Shown: positions 1-16,030, counted from the first letter of the stretch. The stretch: DNA of 64,000 bases from Eledone cirrhosa (GCA_964016885.1 OZ024763.1:27590001-27654000), one strand, 5' to 3'. A program made the numbers and translations. The notes: generated by a model from the letters alone, not told the origin.

Positions 1-1
1 T

Positions 2-1309
2 TCCCTAAGCCCACTCTCATCGACAACATATAGCTTCTATCCATCCTACATGGGTAGAAGAACACAGAGAGTAAAAGTAAAAACAATGCTGCCCACAATG
101 GACTTCTGGTGGGCTATTGCTGGCTTCATTGATATGGGCGAAGACACAATGCTGTCAATGGGGAAGGCAACTGGAGATGCGTTCCTGGGAATGGGCCTCG
201 ACATACTAGTCCAAATGAGGCCCGAAAGAATAGCACAAATCCCGGTTCGCATCTGGCTGGATGACCTTACCCCAATAGACATAATTGTAGAGGGGAGAAG
301 ACCAGCATGCTATTTATGCATGGAAAGGGGACACGTTAAGGCTAACTGCCCGAAACGTATCCCCCAAAAAGGACTATTGCCCACACCCACCACAAACAGT
401 ACACCAACACCACCCACCTCCAAAAATACACTAATACCACACACAGCAAACAAAATACAGACACCACCAACCACAAACACAACACAAACATCACCACCAC
501 CAGCACCAAACACAAGCACGACACAACAATCACCACCACCAACCACAACACAAACATCACCACCACCATCACCAACCACAAGCACGACACAAACATTACC
601 ACCACTACCACAAAACCCATTCCAAACAAATAATAAAAAAAACAGTAACAAATCTACCCCTCCCGCAAAAAAAAAACAACCACACAACACGTCCCTCCCA
701 CCTAGCGCTGAAGAGTTTCCCCCAACTTCTGAAGAAGAAGGAGGAGAAGCCTTCAGACAAGTTAAAAGAAAAAAAAGAAAACACACACCCAGCACACCAC
801 AAATAACCCACACACAAACACCAACTCCAATCAAAAACACCCCACCCTCAACAAACAAAAATAAATCTGCGCCTCCCCTCTCCGAAACATTGACAGCATC
901 ACAAAAAAAGACGTTGCAATACACATATATAAATAAAGAAAACAAAAAACTGGTTAAATTAATAAACAATAACCCTATGGTGCAGACCGAAGGGCCAAAC
1001 TTTATCTCAACAGAGAACTTCACCCATTTAAAAATGATAAAGGTCCCTCTGCACCTTTATCGTTCCTTAAAAGAACAATTTAGACGGGACGTGAGCCCCC
1101 CCTGTTTAAAACCGTTGAATCGCGTCCTCTTGAAAGATTTCCTCATAACCGCCCCTCTCCCTGACACAACTCCAAATACCCCAACCCCACCACACACGTG
1201 TACCCCCACACCACCACAAAACATCCCTCCACCCAACACACCTGATGCCATGGAAATTACGCAACCCGGAGAGGTAAGTGCTTTTCTTTCTTCACTTTCA
1301 ACACCAAAA
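2..1309 (+). CDS. Tx1 ORF1 (gag-like nucleic-acid-binding protein), 5' partial
   Basis: The frame is open from base 2 (SLSPLSSTTYSFYPSYMGRR...). It contains CYLCMERGHVKANC (CX2CX4HX4C), a Pro/Thr-rich linker and a basic patch KRKKRK. There is no stop before the endonuclease, so the 3' boundary is approximate. Confidence 0.75.
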
Positions 1310-4300
1310 ATAGATCAATTGAGAGTTGGCTGTTTGAACGCGCGTGGCCTGGGCTCAGCTTGGAAGCAAGCAAAGCTTCTAAGTGACCTCAGGTCACAAA
1401 GTATAGATGTGATGGTTGTTTGCGAGAGTCGGATCAGCAGCGTGAGACAGCTGGCGCCCGCCTTCGATGACTTTGAGATGCACGCATCTCTCTGTCAACC
1501 CGGAGGCGGGGGGGGGGGGGGGAGTTGCCGTACTGCTGGATAAACGTCTGACTCTCGACGTACAGATTGTTCACTCGGACCCGGGGGGTCGATTACTGGT
1601 GCTGGACGTCGGAGGCGGTGAAGGCGGGGCTTTCAGACTGGTCGGTCTTTATGCTCCCTTCGGGGCGGAAAGAGCCGACTTCTTCCAACGTCTGGAGACT
1701 TTTCTAGGAACGTCGCGTTCCCTGCTTTTAGTGGGGGACTGGAATGGAATCCTAGATGCGCGTTGGGACTATGCAGGGGCATGTCCCGATAGAGGGGGGT
1801 GTAGCAGCCTCAAGGGGTTACTCGATCGATTCGACCTGGTCGATAGGTTTCGACTAGATTGTCCAACTGCGCCAACCTGGACCTGGGCAAACCGCAGTGG
1901 ACAATCTAGATCGTACCTAGATAGGTTTTTGGTTAGGAGTAAGGATAGGGACGTATTTAGTTGTCCAGAACTGATCATGGTTGGCTATTCAGATCACAAA
2001 TTAGTGACCTGCGTGGTCAACCTTGATAGAACGCATAGACAGGGTCCCGGTTACTGGAAGATGAACTTGTCCTTACCGACAAAGAAAGATTACAGAAACC
2101 GGATTAGTAGCTTAGTTAAGATGCGGTTGACGGGAGCGATCGTCAACAGTAGGTGGTGGATATCTCTAAAGAGAGAGATTAGAGTAAGTTCGATAGGTTA
2201 CAGTAAGGAACTAGCGGCGCATAGAAATAGGAGGGAAAGGGAGTTAACAGATAAACTAGAAGAGGCGATTAGGAGCGGAGACGTAGCCAGAGTGTTAGCG
2301 ACGAGAACGGCATTGAGCCAGTTCTTTGACGCGAAGCACGAAGGCTGCGTTGTCCGAAGTAAAATACGTGCTTTAGGAAACGAGGGGACCAAAGCTGTTA
2401 GCTGGGCCCGCGTGACAGAAGCCAAGAGTGGGATTAAATCCACCATTCGGTCTTTGCGAGACCAGGATGGACGGGTGATCCTTGAACCTGAGCGAATGTG
2501 CGAGACCTTTCAAAGGCACTTTGCTCGACTGTTCGGAGGTGGCGGGGGGCCGGACGGGGATGTGGACTTCGGTCCATACCTCGACGGTCTACCGCGTCTT
2601 TCGAGCGGCGAAGCGGAGTGCTGCGAAGGGCCAATCACAGCCACTGAAATCGGGGAAGCGCTCAACCAATGCAGCAGACGCAAATCCCCGGGTCTCGATG
2701 GTCTACCATACGAACTTTATTTAGCTATGCCGGTCTTGTTCTCCGAACTCCTCGAGGCTGTCTATTGCAACTGGCAACAGAACGGGAGAATTCCCTGTTC
2801 TGTGACCAAGGGCGTGGTCACGCTAGTGAGGAAGGACGAGAGCAAGGGGGACGACTTAAGTAACTTTAGGCCCATAACTCTGCTGAATGCAGAGTTACAG
2901 ATTTTGGCCAAGGTGTTGGCGAAGAGGTTGGCGCTTGTGGTGGGTGGTTTGGTGGGAGACGCGCAGACATGCGCTATCCCGTCCAGGTCCATTCACGACA
3001 ACCTCCACCTCATGCGATACATCATAGAGAGGGTTGGCTACGAACCCGGCTTTGGTGGGGCCCTGATCAACTTGGATCAATCTAAGGCGTTCGATAGGGT
3101 CGACCATGGTTACCTGGATGCGGTGCTAGCGGCGGCGGGCTTCGGACCCGTTTTCAGGGGCTGGATTTCTGCCATGCACAGTGGCAACATCTACTCTAGG
3201 ATTAAAGTAAACGGCTACCTCTCGGAGCCGTTTCAAATCACCCGATCCATCAGACAGGGGTGCCCCCTCTCCTCCCTTCTGTACGTATTGACTCTCGAGC
3301 CACTGCTGCGGAAGTTGGAGTTGCTGCGGGGCATACCCCTGGAACCGGGATTGCACAAAGCGGTCTCGGCCTATGCCGACGACGTAACAGTAATGGTGGC
3401 GGACGCCTCGGAAATCGGGGCGATCGCCACCCTACTGGAGGAATACGAAAGGCTGACGGGGGCTAAGCTGAACCAGGACAAGTCAGTCGGTTTGCAACTC
3501 GGAACGTGGAGGGGCAAACCGATGCCGTTAGACGGTGTCGTCGGGCGGTGGACGGAGGGCCCGGTGAAGCTGCTCGGGGTCTGGTTCGGACCGGACCTCC
3601 AGGTGGAGAAGAATTGGGGCGAGGTGACGAGCAGGGTGTTTGCGCTGACCCAGAAGTGGGCCAAGTGCAAACTATCACTGAAAGGTCGGGCGGAGGTGAC
3701 GAACGCTTACATAGCGTCCGTCATCTACTACCGCCTGACCGTCGTGCCTTGCCCCAAGGAAAAGCTCACCATCATGGAACGCATGCTCTTCCAGTTCCTC
3801 TGGAAGAAGCGGCCTCCCATGGTGAGGAGATCCATCTGCTGCCAGCACCCTTCGAAAGGAGGGCTGGGTATGCCGTGGCTGTTGATGCGTAGGCACGCAT
3901 TGAGGCTACGGCATCTACAGGTATTCCTCAACGGTCAGCCGGTGTGGGCCCCGTTTGTGAGGCGAGCCTTCCCACAGCTCGTCTCGCTCACCGAACTGCA
4001 ATCCTGGGTGAAGCAAAGACCGAGAAAACTGGGCAACTGGCACACTGAGTGTGCCCAGGCGCTCACGGCTATCTGGCAAGCGGACCCGACTGTCAGTGGA
4101 GAATCCACCTCGACATTCTATAGAGGGTTGGTGGCTAGCAGGGGCGACGACACCCTTGGAAAGTCGCTAGGCATGGAGGAGGACGAACTGGCCAGCCTGT
4201 TCGGAAGAACTTTCGGCCCGGGACCCATGGACAACTTCCAGAGGTCCCTAGCCTGGCAGTGTTACCGGGGGGCTCTGCCCGTTCGAGAAAAGCTCTACAA

Positions 4301-4754
4301 ACACGGGCGCCCAGGCAGGGATCCCGCGAAAAAGATCTGTCCCAGATGCGTGCGCGACGAGGAAACCGTTGCGCATGCACTGGTACACTTCCCGGGCGTT
4401 GCCGATCTGTGGGGCTACGTCGAACGACTGCTGTCGCGTGTGGCGCCGATTCGATTAACCGCCGAGTCTGTGGTGAACATCAAGCCGCCTCCTCCCTTCA
4501 GAAATGAAGCAGAGGCGGTCTTTCTGTGCGTAATAGCCATGATGAAAGAGGTTGTGTGGTGGACGCGCCTGAAAGGTCTGAGGTCGGGTGACTTTCTCTC
4601 CGGCCATCACCTGGTTTACTTCTTCCGATACCACTTCGGAAGAAGAATCAGGATGGAGAGAGAAGTGCTTGGTCCCAGACAGTTTTATGAAAGGTGGGTG
4701 AAAGAAGCGAGAATGGCCCGTGTAAATGGGCCTTCTCTCTACATTGTTCTGTAG
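1310..4754 (+). CDS. Tx1 ORF2: AP endonuclease + reverse transcriptase, with a 1-nt frameshift in G15 at 1508-1522
   Basis: APE motifs LRVGCLNARGL and VVCESR lie in the ORF1 frame. GVAVL, LYAP, VGDWN, SYLDRF and SDH follow in the next frame. RT motifs: KSPGLDGL, FRPITLLN, LDQSKAFDRVDH, IRQGCPLS, YADD (3372-3383). The C-terminal CPRC..ET..H zinc finger has its last Cys replaced by Phe. Confidence 0.92.
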
Positions 4755-5206
4755 GTGAAGAAGTGAAGAGGAAAGGGGGAGCGCCTCCTCTCTGGGCTTC
4801 CCCAGCGAAAAGAGTTGCACACTTTTCGGGGGTATGTGCAATCCCCAACACGCCCCCTCCCTTTTGAGGACTTTTTATTGTTATATTATTATTGTTATTC
4901 CTTTTTTCTTTACTCGATTTATGTAAACTCCCCCACTGTGTAAATGTCCCTTTCTTTTGTGCCCTCGTGGCAAATAAATAGAAATTTATCTATCTACCGA
5001 TCTACCGATCTGTCTATCTATCTATCTACCCATCTATCTATCGATCTATCTCTCTAGGTATCGATCACCCTAGTTAGCTTGCTTGATAACTATACACTTA
5101 ACATTTAATCTATCTATTTATCTAAGCCGCATCACTCTCTCCCTTCCTAAACACACACACTCACACGCACACACACACGCACGCACACACGCACACCCAC
5201 ACACAC

Positions 5207-5291
<85 letters not shown>

Positions 5292-5655
5292 CATATTTGT
5301 GTGTGTGTCTGTATTTATTCACACACACATTTAAGCACCAAGTCATACGTATATACAAAAACACACACAAACACACACTAATACACGCATACACATTAAC
5401 ACACGCACACACACATAGACACACTAACACACACACAAACACACACACACTCCGTCAAACACATACAAACACTCACACTGGCATATATGGATATGCAAAG
5501 CCTTACAATTCGTGTTATAGAAGAGAGGAGATTCGATTAACTCGACGTTAGGTGTGGTGTATCTTTGAGAGAATCACATATTTACCCAATTTTGACACAT
5601 ATACCCTCTTTACACCTTTGTAGACTTGTACCCAGGTTTCGTTTCGTTCTTAAGC

Positions 5656-5707
<52 letters not shown>

Positions 5708-5771
5708 GTATATATATGTGTATGTATACCAAGGAACATGTATATATATATATATACATACACACACACAC

Positions 5772-5847
<76 letters not shown>

Positions 5848-6004
5848 CACATATATGTATATTGACAGATAGTCATTCATATATTCATATATAAGAAGCA
5901 TGTTCACTATATTACTACATGCATACATAACATATATATATAAATACATATACATATAATATATATATATACACACATATTATATATGTATATATATATA
6001 TAAG

Positions 6005-6045
<41 letters not shown>

Positions 6046-6118
6046 GTATACACACACATACATATATATACATATATATATATATGTATATATATATACA
6101 CACACACATACACACACA

Positions 6119-6188
<70 letters not shown>

Positions 6189-6242
6189 AAATAAAATTAT
6201 TAAGTCAAATATTTAAGATTTGGCTTCGTTTATTAAAGATGT

Positions 6243-6297
6243 ACTGTTATATATATTTCAGTGACAGCCATCATTGGCTGTGACCTCTTCAGGCAGT
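6243..6297 (-). ncRNA. Type I hammerhead ribozyme motif in a PLE pseudo-LTR remnant
   Basis: Minus strand reads actgc CTGAAGA ggtcacagcca-atga-tggctgtcact GAAA tatata TA acagt, with one mismatch in stem I. Same family as 49654-49710 and 58251-58350. Confidence 0.75.
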
Positions 6298-6697
6298 TCT
6301 AATTGGTGTGGTAGAGATAGGTACACATGTTAAAGTGTTTTACTCCGTCACTACTCCAATATGTCCAGCTCCTGTTTGGGTTGTTATTTCTCTGAGGAAC
6401 TGGAATCATATGAATTCGAACAAACGAATTTCGGCGTCAAAGGACACTCTCTCCTCCCATTGGTCAGTTGTGGGACCATTCCTCAGTCAAGAGTCTATAG
6501 AAATATTTTTCTGAGGCAAGACAATATGTTGTGGTTGTTCTTGTTAAGTACAGCTGACCTCCCCCCTTGTGTTTATTGGTGTTAGGGGTCAGCTGGCAGG
6601 TCAGCCTTACTGCTGCTGTGTTTAGAAGAATGAGTGTGTGTGGGTTGGCATCAATCCTACCACCCTTTCACGTGGTGGGGGGTGCCAAACAGATAAT

Positions 6698-7077
6698 TGT
6701 TTCTACTTTTGGCACAAGGCCAGCAAATAACTAGTGTATTACCCGGTACTTTAGTTTATCGACCCTGTGAGGATGAAAGGCAAAGGTAACCTCGACGGGA
6801 TTTGAACTCAGATCGTAAAGGGACGTAACTACGCTGGAAAGCATGTCTGAACCTCTACCAATACTGCCAATTCACCGCCAAACAGATAATTGTTTCTACT
6901 TTTGGCACAAGGCCATCAATTAACCAGTGCATTACTGGTACTTTATTTTATCGACCCCGTAAGGATGAAAGGCAAAGTTAACCTCGGTGGAATTTGAACT
7001 CAGACCGCAAAGGGACGTAACTATGCTGGAAAGCATGACGTCCGACCCTCTACCGATACTGCCAAGCCACCACCGCC
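6698..7077 (-). mobile_element. Two tandem full-length tRNA-derived SINEs (GCCTTTCATCC..GGGGTCGATAAAATAAAGTACCAG core)
   Basis: Copies at about 6698-6878 and 6891-7077 have an A-box-like TGGCAGTATCGG and a B box GAGTTCAAATCC. The flank AAACAGATAAT occurs three times around them. Confidence 0.88.
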
Positions 7078-7112
7078 AAACAGATAATGGAATCAGAAAA
7101 GGTAAAATACAA

Positions 7113-7143
<31 letters not shown>

Positions 7144-7165
7144 CCAAAATTAAGATAAATTAAGG

Positions 7166-7226
<61 letters not shown>

Positions 7227-7231
7227 AATAA

Positions 7232-7266
<35 letters not shown>

Positions 7267-7270
7267 TATG

Positions 7271-7354
<84 letters not shown>

Positions 7355-7539
7355 TATATACATATATATATATATGTACATGTATATATATATATATATA
7401 TAAATACACATATATAGCTGATGTACTGAGTCACGTGACACAGATTTATCACAAGAAAAAAAACAAAAACATAAAGATTCAAACACAATAAAGATACAAA
7501 ATATTACTTAACAACAACAACAACAACAGCAACAATAAT

Positions 7540-8090
7540 TATTTCTACTTTAGGCACAAGGCCAGCAATTTCGGGTGAGAGGAAAGTCAATTAAATCGGC
7601 TCCATTGCGTGACTGGTACTTTATTTTATCGACCCCGTAAGGACGAAAAGCAAAGCTAACCTCGATTTGATTAGAATTAAGAATGTAATAAGAATAATGG
7701 TTTCTTCTTTTAGGGGCACTGTGTGTAATTTTATGTGGAAGGGAAATGTCGATTATATTGGCCGCAGTGCCGTATTTCCCGGCGCCGAAGACGCTTCGTC
7801 CGCGAAGACGCACCCTAATTTTGACAACCAAAAATTTGAAAAAAACAAAACAAAGCTAATAATGAAAGATGCAACATTCGGCCTCCAGAACGCATGATAG
7901 ATATTTGAGACTTATTTTTAGAAAAAAGTAGCGTCTTCGATGCCGGGAAATGCAGTAATTACTTGCTAATTTATTTTATCGACCCTGAAATGATGATAGG
8001 CCAAGCTGACCTAGGTGCGACTCAGAACCTAGGGAATAGTAACTAAATACACCAATGTATTTTGCCCACCGCCCCCGCCGATACGGCAAA
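7540..8090 (-). mobile_element. Degraded copies of the same SINE superfamily
   Basis: Core ACTGGTACTTTATTTTATCGACCCC at about 7612-7636 and a diverged core at about 7960-7990. The second copy is interrupted by a MITE. Confidence 0.65.
7770..7955. mobile_element. Tc1/mariner (pogo-like) MITE nested in a SINE
   Basis: Imperfect TIRs CCGTATTTCCCGGCGCCGAAGACGC / GCGTCTTCGATGCCGGGAAATGCAG, with TA on the right side. Confidence 0.72.
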
Positions 8091-8344
8091 TCCATTGATA
8101 GTACAGTTTTTCTAAGTTTAAGCTCAAGGGCGAACATTTTCAGATGGGTGGGTAAGTCGATTATATCGACCCCAGTATTTTCCTGTGACCTTTTAATCGA
8201 TTTTAGAAGAATGTAAGGCACCCGTTTATTAAATTTTGCTAATTTATCTCCGGTGGAAGTTTATTGTAAGTGATTCATATTGATACAGCAACTGGAGAAT
8301 CTAATAATAATTTTATTTTACATTAAAAAAACATTAACATTATA

Positions 8345-8868
8345 TATGACAAAAAAGAACGTTACAAGAAATCCCATATTTACGGACGTACACTATACAA
8401 TTACAGATTTCCCAAGTCCCTCGCTTATAAGAATTTAAGCAAATGACCTACCTCACTCGCTTATTCCACCCCCAGTTAATCCACCCCCTCCTATTCTTTG
8501 GGTCCCGAGAGCACTCGATCATTGTGGTTGTGTGTGTCGTTGTGGGGAAAAACATTGAGCAGATCTATGATCAACGACTTTCCAGCCATGACCATCCAAT
8601 CTCTGTGCTTATAAAAAAATGCATTTTCCAATGTGTATGCATGCTATATTTTATTTTATATAAAAAAAAACCCATTATATATGGCGAAAAAAGAACATTA
8701 CAAGAAATCATACATTTACGAACGTACACTATACAATTACAGATTTCTCAAGCACCCCTGTTTAACCAACACCCCTCGTGCTTATAAGAATTTAAGCAAA
8801 TGTCCATCCACCCCCACCGTGCCCTCGCTTATTGCAACCACTCCCTGATTATTTGGGACCTGACAGTA
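8345..8868. repeat. Diverged direct duplication, possibly a DNA-transposon fragment
   Basis: About 8345-8500 resembles about 8675-8860 (CGTACACTATACAATTACAGATTT; CTTATAAGAATTTAAGCAAATG). Confidence 0.5.
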
Positions 8869-9119
8869 TTTCTTTTTTTGCATAAACGAACATTTTCAAA
8901 CGCTGGTAGACATATTTAGGACGTCAGTTATCTGCCCCATTATGTCGGACGTCAGATCCATGCCTCCTATGTGCGACGGAAAAGACACAGATGTCGTTTT
9001 AATGTCAACACGACCCGATCATTTTGAATGCATCCAACATACGCCATGAATGCATTATGTAACTAGGTATGTATGTACCCTCCCCCACACACGCACATAT
9101 ATATATATATATAAGTATG

Positions 9120-9157
<38 letters not shown>

Positions 9158-9213
9158 CATACTTATACATACTTACAAACACAGACACACACACACACAT
9201 ATATATATATATG

Positions 9214-9261
<48 letters not shown>

Positions 9262-9322
9262 CATACTTATACATACTTACAAACACACGCACACACACAC
9301 ACACACATATATATATATACAT

Positions 9323-9379
<57 letters not shown>

Positions 9380-9469
9380 CATATATCTTGTAAGCAATAT
9401 TTGTATACACAAACATACGTAAATATATATAAGTATGCATACACACGCACACACGCACACATACGTACA

Positions 9470-9579
<110 letters not shown>

Positions 9580-9765
9580 GATTATCAAAGCCAACACGGT
9601 AGCTATTAATGTGATGATCGTTACGCACGCACATAACATGTTCCACATAATTCAGTTATGTGTAATGTCTTCACGTACTTACTAATAGAAAAATGCCAAG
9701 GACACTGGTTCGTAATTATATTCACATACACATATATATATATATATATATACTTATGTACAGTC

Positions 9766-9854
<89 letters not shown>

Positions 9855-9927
9855 CGTGTACATGTAGATAGTGATATATGTATGTTATGTAATGTTTATG
9901 TATATATATATATATATATATATACAC

Positions 9928-10026
<99 letters not shown>

Positions 10027-10029
10027 ATA

Positions 10030-10066
<37 letters not shown>

Positions 10067-10080
10067 TGTATATATATGTG

Positions 10081-10116
<36 letters not shown>

Positions 10117-10203
10117 CATATATATATATATGTATGTATATATATGCTTATATATAAATAAATATATATATATATATATACATAGATATATATAAATGCA
10201 TTT

Positions 10204-10263
<60 letters not shown>

Positions 10264-10478
10264 TATATATATATATACATATATATATATATGTATACAT
10301 ATATAAATGTATATATATTATATATATTATATATATTATATATACATGCATATAAATATATATATATACATATATAAAAATATATATTTATGTATGCATC
10401 TCTAAATAATGTGTGTATGTGCGCTTGTGTGTGTATGTATACGTGATAGTTCATTGCTGCGTGTATGTAGTTCATTAC

Positions 10479-10524
<46 letters not shown>

Positions 10525-10763
10525 TGTATGTGTGTGTGTGTGTATTAGTGTAGAGTATAACACGAAGCGATGCAAAGTCAGTTACTGATTTATTTGCAGA
10601 TATTAGGGTACATACAGGATGTACTGATGAACAACAAAAGGAAACGACGGGGAGGTTGTGGATGCTACAGTTGCTACTGCTAATGCTGCTGCTGATGATG
10701 ATGATAATGATGATTATGATGATGATGATGATGATGAAGTAGAGTAAAAAGACAGAAAGCAAA

Positions 10764-12404
<1,641 letters not shown>

Positions 12405-12486
12405 CACAATAACAAATCATAATATAACCCATATTCTGATGAATCGTAACAAAAGCGAAAGAAAAGCACCTATTTTACGAAAGCAG

Positions 12487-13018
12487 GTGCTGTTGGTGGT
12501 GTTGTTGTTGTTGTTGGTGGTGGTGTTGGTGTTGGTGGTGTTGGTGGTGTTAGTGGTGGTGGTGTTGTTGGTGGTGTTAGTGGTGGTGGTGGTGTTGGTG
12601 GTGGTGGTGGTGGTGTTGGTGTTAGTGGTGGTGTTGGTGGTGTTGGTGTTGGTGTTGGTGGTGGTGGTGGTGGTTTTGGTGTTGGTGGTGGTAGTGGTGT
12701 TGGTGGTGTTGTTGGTGTTGTTGTTGGTGTTGGTGGTGTTGGTGTTCGTGGTGGTGTTGGGGGTGTTAGTGGTGGTGGTATTGGCATTGGTGTTGGTGGT
12801 GTTGGTGGAGTTGGTGGTGTTGGTGGTGTTGGTGTTGTGGTGTTAGTGGTGGTGGTGGTGGTGGTGTTGGTGTTTGGTGTTGGTGGTGGTGTTGGTGTTG
12901 GTGTTGGTGGTGGTGTTGGGGGTGTTAGTGGTGTTGGTGGTGTTGGTGGTGTTAGTGGTGTTAGTGGTGGTGGTGGTGGTGGTGTTGGTGGTGTTAGTGG
13001 TGGTGGTGTTTGTGTTGG
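12487..13018. repeat. (GGT/GTT)n trinucleotide tract running into the gap
   Basis: Direct inspection. Confidence 0.9.
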
Positions 13019-13218
13019 NNNNNNNNNNNNNNNNNNNNNNNNNNNNNNNNNNNNNNNNNNNNNNNNNNNNNNNNNNNNNNNNNNNNNNNNNNNNNNNNNN
13101 NNNNNNNNNNNNNNNNNNNNNNNNNNNNNNNNNNNNNNNNNNNNNNNNNNNNNNNNNNNNNNNNNNNNNNNNNNNNNNNNNNNNNNNNNNNNNNNNNNNN
13201 NNNNNNNNNNNNNNNNNN
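13019..13218. other. Assembly gap (200 N)
   Basis: Run of exactly 200 N. Confidence 0.99.
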
Positions 13219-13460
13219 TTAAGGGTATGTCAATATTTATTTATAAAACTGATCTATATTATATTTTATCTGATGAAAGCACGCCATAATTTAACTTGGT
13301 GTCCTTGAAATATGTATAATGAAATAAATATGGTTTTATAAATATAGTTTCCATTTGTTAATATATTGTATTTTTACTCCAAAAATTTGTTGAGTGCTTT
13401 ATATCAGTTATAAAAATATTTGCTTGTTGTATCTCAACAAATTAAATATAACTTCTACAT
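13219..13460 (+). mobile_element. PLE 3' pseudo-LTR with a complete hammerhead motif at 13262-13326
   Basis: tattttat CTGATGA aagcacgcca-taatttaact-tggtgtcctt GAAA tatgta TA atgaaata. Homologous to 45258-45580 and 45676-45876, and ends in (TA)n. Confidence 0.8.
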
Positions 13461-13813
13461 TTATATATATATATATATATATATCTGCTGATGAATGAAA
13501 TCCAACCGTGACCATCTCCACTGAAAGTTTTCATGAAATAGTCTTTTAAGACTATACAGAGCATTTGTTGTTATTCCAAATTGAAGGATAAGTGTTTCAA
13601 ACTTTATTTTATCATGAGTTAAAGGTCTATAGATTTTTCCCTGGATTTCACTAAATTCTGTGGATGAATTTATATCCTGATTCTCTTTTGAGATGAGTTT
13701 GAGTTATTTTTCCTAAATCTTTCGTTAACTACTTTTCCCATCTTGACGTTATAGTCGCATATATGTTATAGAATGCCGTTAGCTTCTTGTTAAAACAATC
13801 TCTATACCTTCTC

Positions 13814-13864
<51 letters not shown>

Positions 13865-13902
13865 ATATATATAATATATATATATATATAATAAGAAACC
13901 GC

Positions 13903-13960
<58 letters not shown>

Positions 13961-14770
13961 ATAAACAATGAGTTATATATAGGCTTTGTCGATAAGTATT
14001 CAACAGAGTTATGTTCATAACATTCATAACAAATATGAAGCACTATATTTTCCATTAAAGTGTACCAGTAATACACTGGGATAATTGCTTGCTTTGTGCC
14101 AACAGTAGAAACAATTATTATTATTATTATTTCGGTTTTGATTGTTGACATGTTTCCACGTGCCGTGGTGACCTCTCTATCCGCAATCATTACGGCACGT
14201 TTTTACCACCGTCGTTAAAAAAAACCCTTCCGGATTATCTCCCTTTCCCTTCTCCTCCCTTTTGGTTGCCCGTGTTTCTCTTTCACTTTCTCCTGTCTAT
14301 ACGAGAGGCAGCACGGTAATACCAGCTCTGAGTCGTAGCTGACCACCAGGCTAAAGTCTCCCAGGTTGGCCACAACTTACTTTCCCTATTTTTGCATGTT
14401 TCTTTCACCTGTGTCTTCCCACGATGGGATCTGTACACTTTTTTTCTTCCATTCATTTCCTATTTTCCCCCCTCTCCCTCTCTTCTCATCTTTCCCACTC
14501 TGTTTTTCTTCCTTTCCCTCTCTTTCCTTTTCTCTCTCTCCTTTTGTTCTCTCCTTTTCTCTCTCCTTTTCAACCTGGCCTTTTGATTAATAAAAGGCCT
14601 CGGGCGCATCCGAACTACACCAATGTCCTGTAATTCAGCGCCGAAACATCGGTTCGGGAATCATTTACAGCTGTCGATGGAAACTCCTTTCTTCCTTTCT
14701 CCTCCTGTTCCGTCTTAACCACCATCCTAAACCTTGTATTTAGTAACCACACAGCTCCTTTCGTTTCATA

Positions 14771-14839
<69 letters not shown>

Positions 14840-15060
14840 TTAAGGATACTATTTATGGTTATGTATATACTAAAACTTTTTATAGTTATATATATTTTAA
14901 ACCCTAAACAGTGAAAGACAGTAATTTATTACTACCTAATTACCAGTAAGATAAATAATATAAACAAACATTGAAATAAGCTCCGAAGACTCCAAACCTC
15001 GGTTTGGATGAAACAATTGTAAACTAATAAATGGTTTGAACAGTACATTGAATCATGTGA

Positions 15061-15212
<152 letters not shown>

Positions 15213-15214
15213 AC

Positions 15215-15396
15215 ACTGGAAGGTAATATCCGTAGTGGTGGAGCACTCAGTCCATGGGACGAGTTAGGTAGAAGTAGTTACACAACAGTTAGTTCACCAT
15301 ACCGAGAACAATTGTTTCATCCTATGTGAAGATCCGCGCATAAGGTGAAACAATTGTTCTCGGTAGGGTGAACTAACTGTTGTGTTACTACTTCTA
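15215..15396. mobile_element. Fold-back PLE remnant with a truncated hammerhead
   Basis: 58-bp arms 15269-15326 / 15339-15396. Spacer plus right arm read TGAAGA t cc gcgcataa gg t GAAA caattg TT. A unique tail lies at 15215-15268. Confidence 0.7.
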
Positions 15397-15409
15397 TATC
15401 TATGTGAAA

Positions 15410-15518
15410 ACGGTTCGGGTCCTGACTCTTTTCCTATTACCCACTCTACTACTGTAAGTATTGAATACTCTGGTGCGTTATGGTCCACCTGGTTCCTTAC
15501 CACACCCTCTTTTTGCTG
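15410..15518 (+). mobile_element. 3' tail fragment of the PLE-like family also at 30829 and 39891
   Basis: Shares CCTATTACCCACTCTACTAC..GTATTGA.TACT.TGGTGCGTTATGGTCCA.CTGGTTCCTTA, then (TA)n. Confidence 0.7.
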
Positions 15519-15947
15519 TATATATATATATGGAGAGAGATAGAGTGTCAAGGGTGAGTGAGGGAAAGAGGTAGAGTGAGAGAGAGAGAGAGAGGGAGGG
15601 AAAGAGGTAGAGTGAGAGAGGGAAAGAGGTAGAGTGAGAGAGAGAGAGAGAGGGGGAGGGAAAGAAAGAGAGTCGATGGTGAGAGAGCGTGTGAGAGATA
15701 GGAGAGAGAGAGAAATATACAGATAGATAGGCTGATAGAAAAAGCTAAAGAGAGAGAGAGAGAGCGAGAAAGAGAGAAAGAGAGGGAGAGAGATACAGAG
15801 AGACAAAAGGAGGAAGCGAAAGATAGAGATTTGGGTAGATAGGTTGAGAGAAAGAACGAAGACGGGAGATAGATAGACAGAGAGAGAGAGAGATAGATAG
15901 ATAGATAGAGAGATAGAGAGATAGAGAGATAGAGAGAGAGAGAGAGT

Positions 15948-16030
<83 letters not shown>

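Larger units (their letters stand above)
1..4985 (+). mobile_element. L1/Tx1-clade non-LTR retrotransposon, near full length (5' end outside the window)
   Basis: ORF1 with a CCHC knuckle, then APE, RT and a C-terminal zinc-finger region. 3' UTR 4755-4985 ends GCCCTCGTGGCAAATAAATAGAAA and runs directly into (TATC)n. ORF2 is much more GC-rich than the flanks. Confidence 0.93.

Noticed and set aside
310-4851. Antisense and alternative-frame ORFs inside the Tx1 element
   Set aside because: Shadow ORFs of GC-rich or low-complexity coding sequence.
14190-14770. Pyrimidine-rich segment with GAAACATCGG, possibly a LINE UTR or PLE pseudo-LTR
   Set aside because: No complete ribozyme core or diagnostic coding motif, so it could not be classified.
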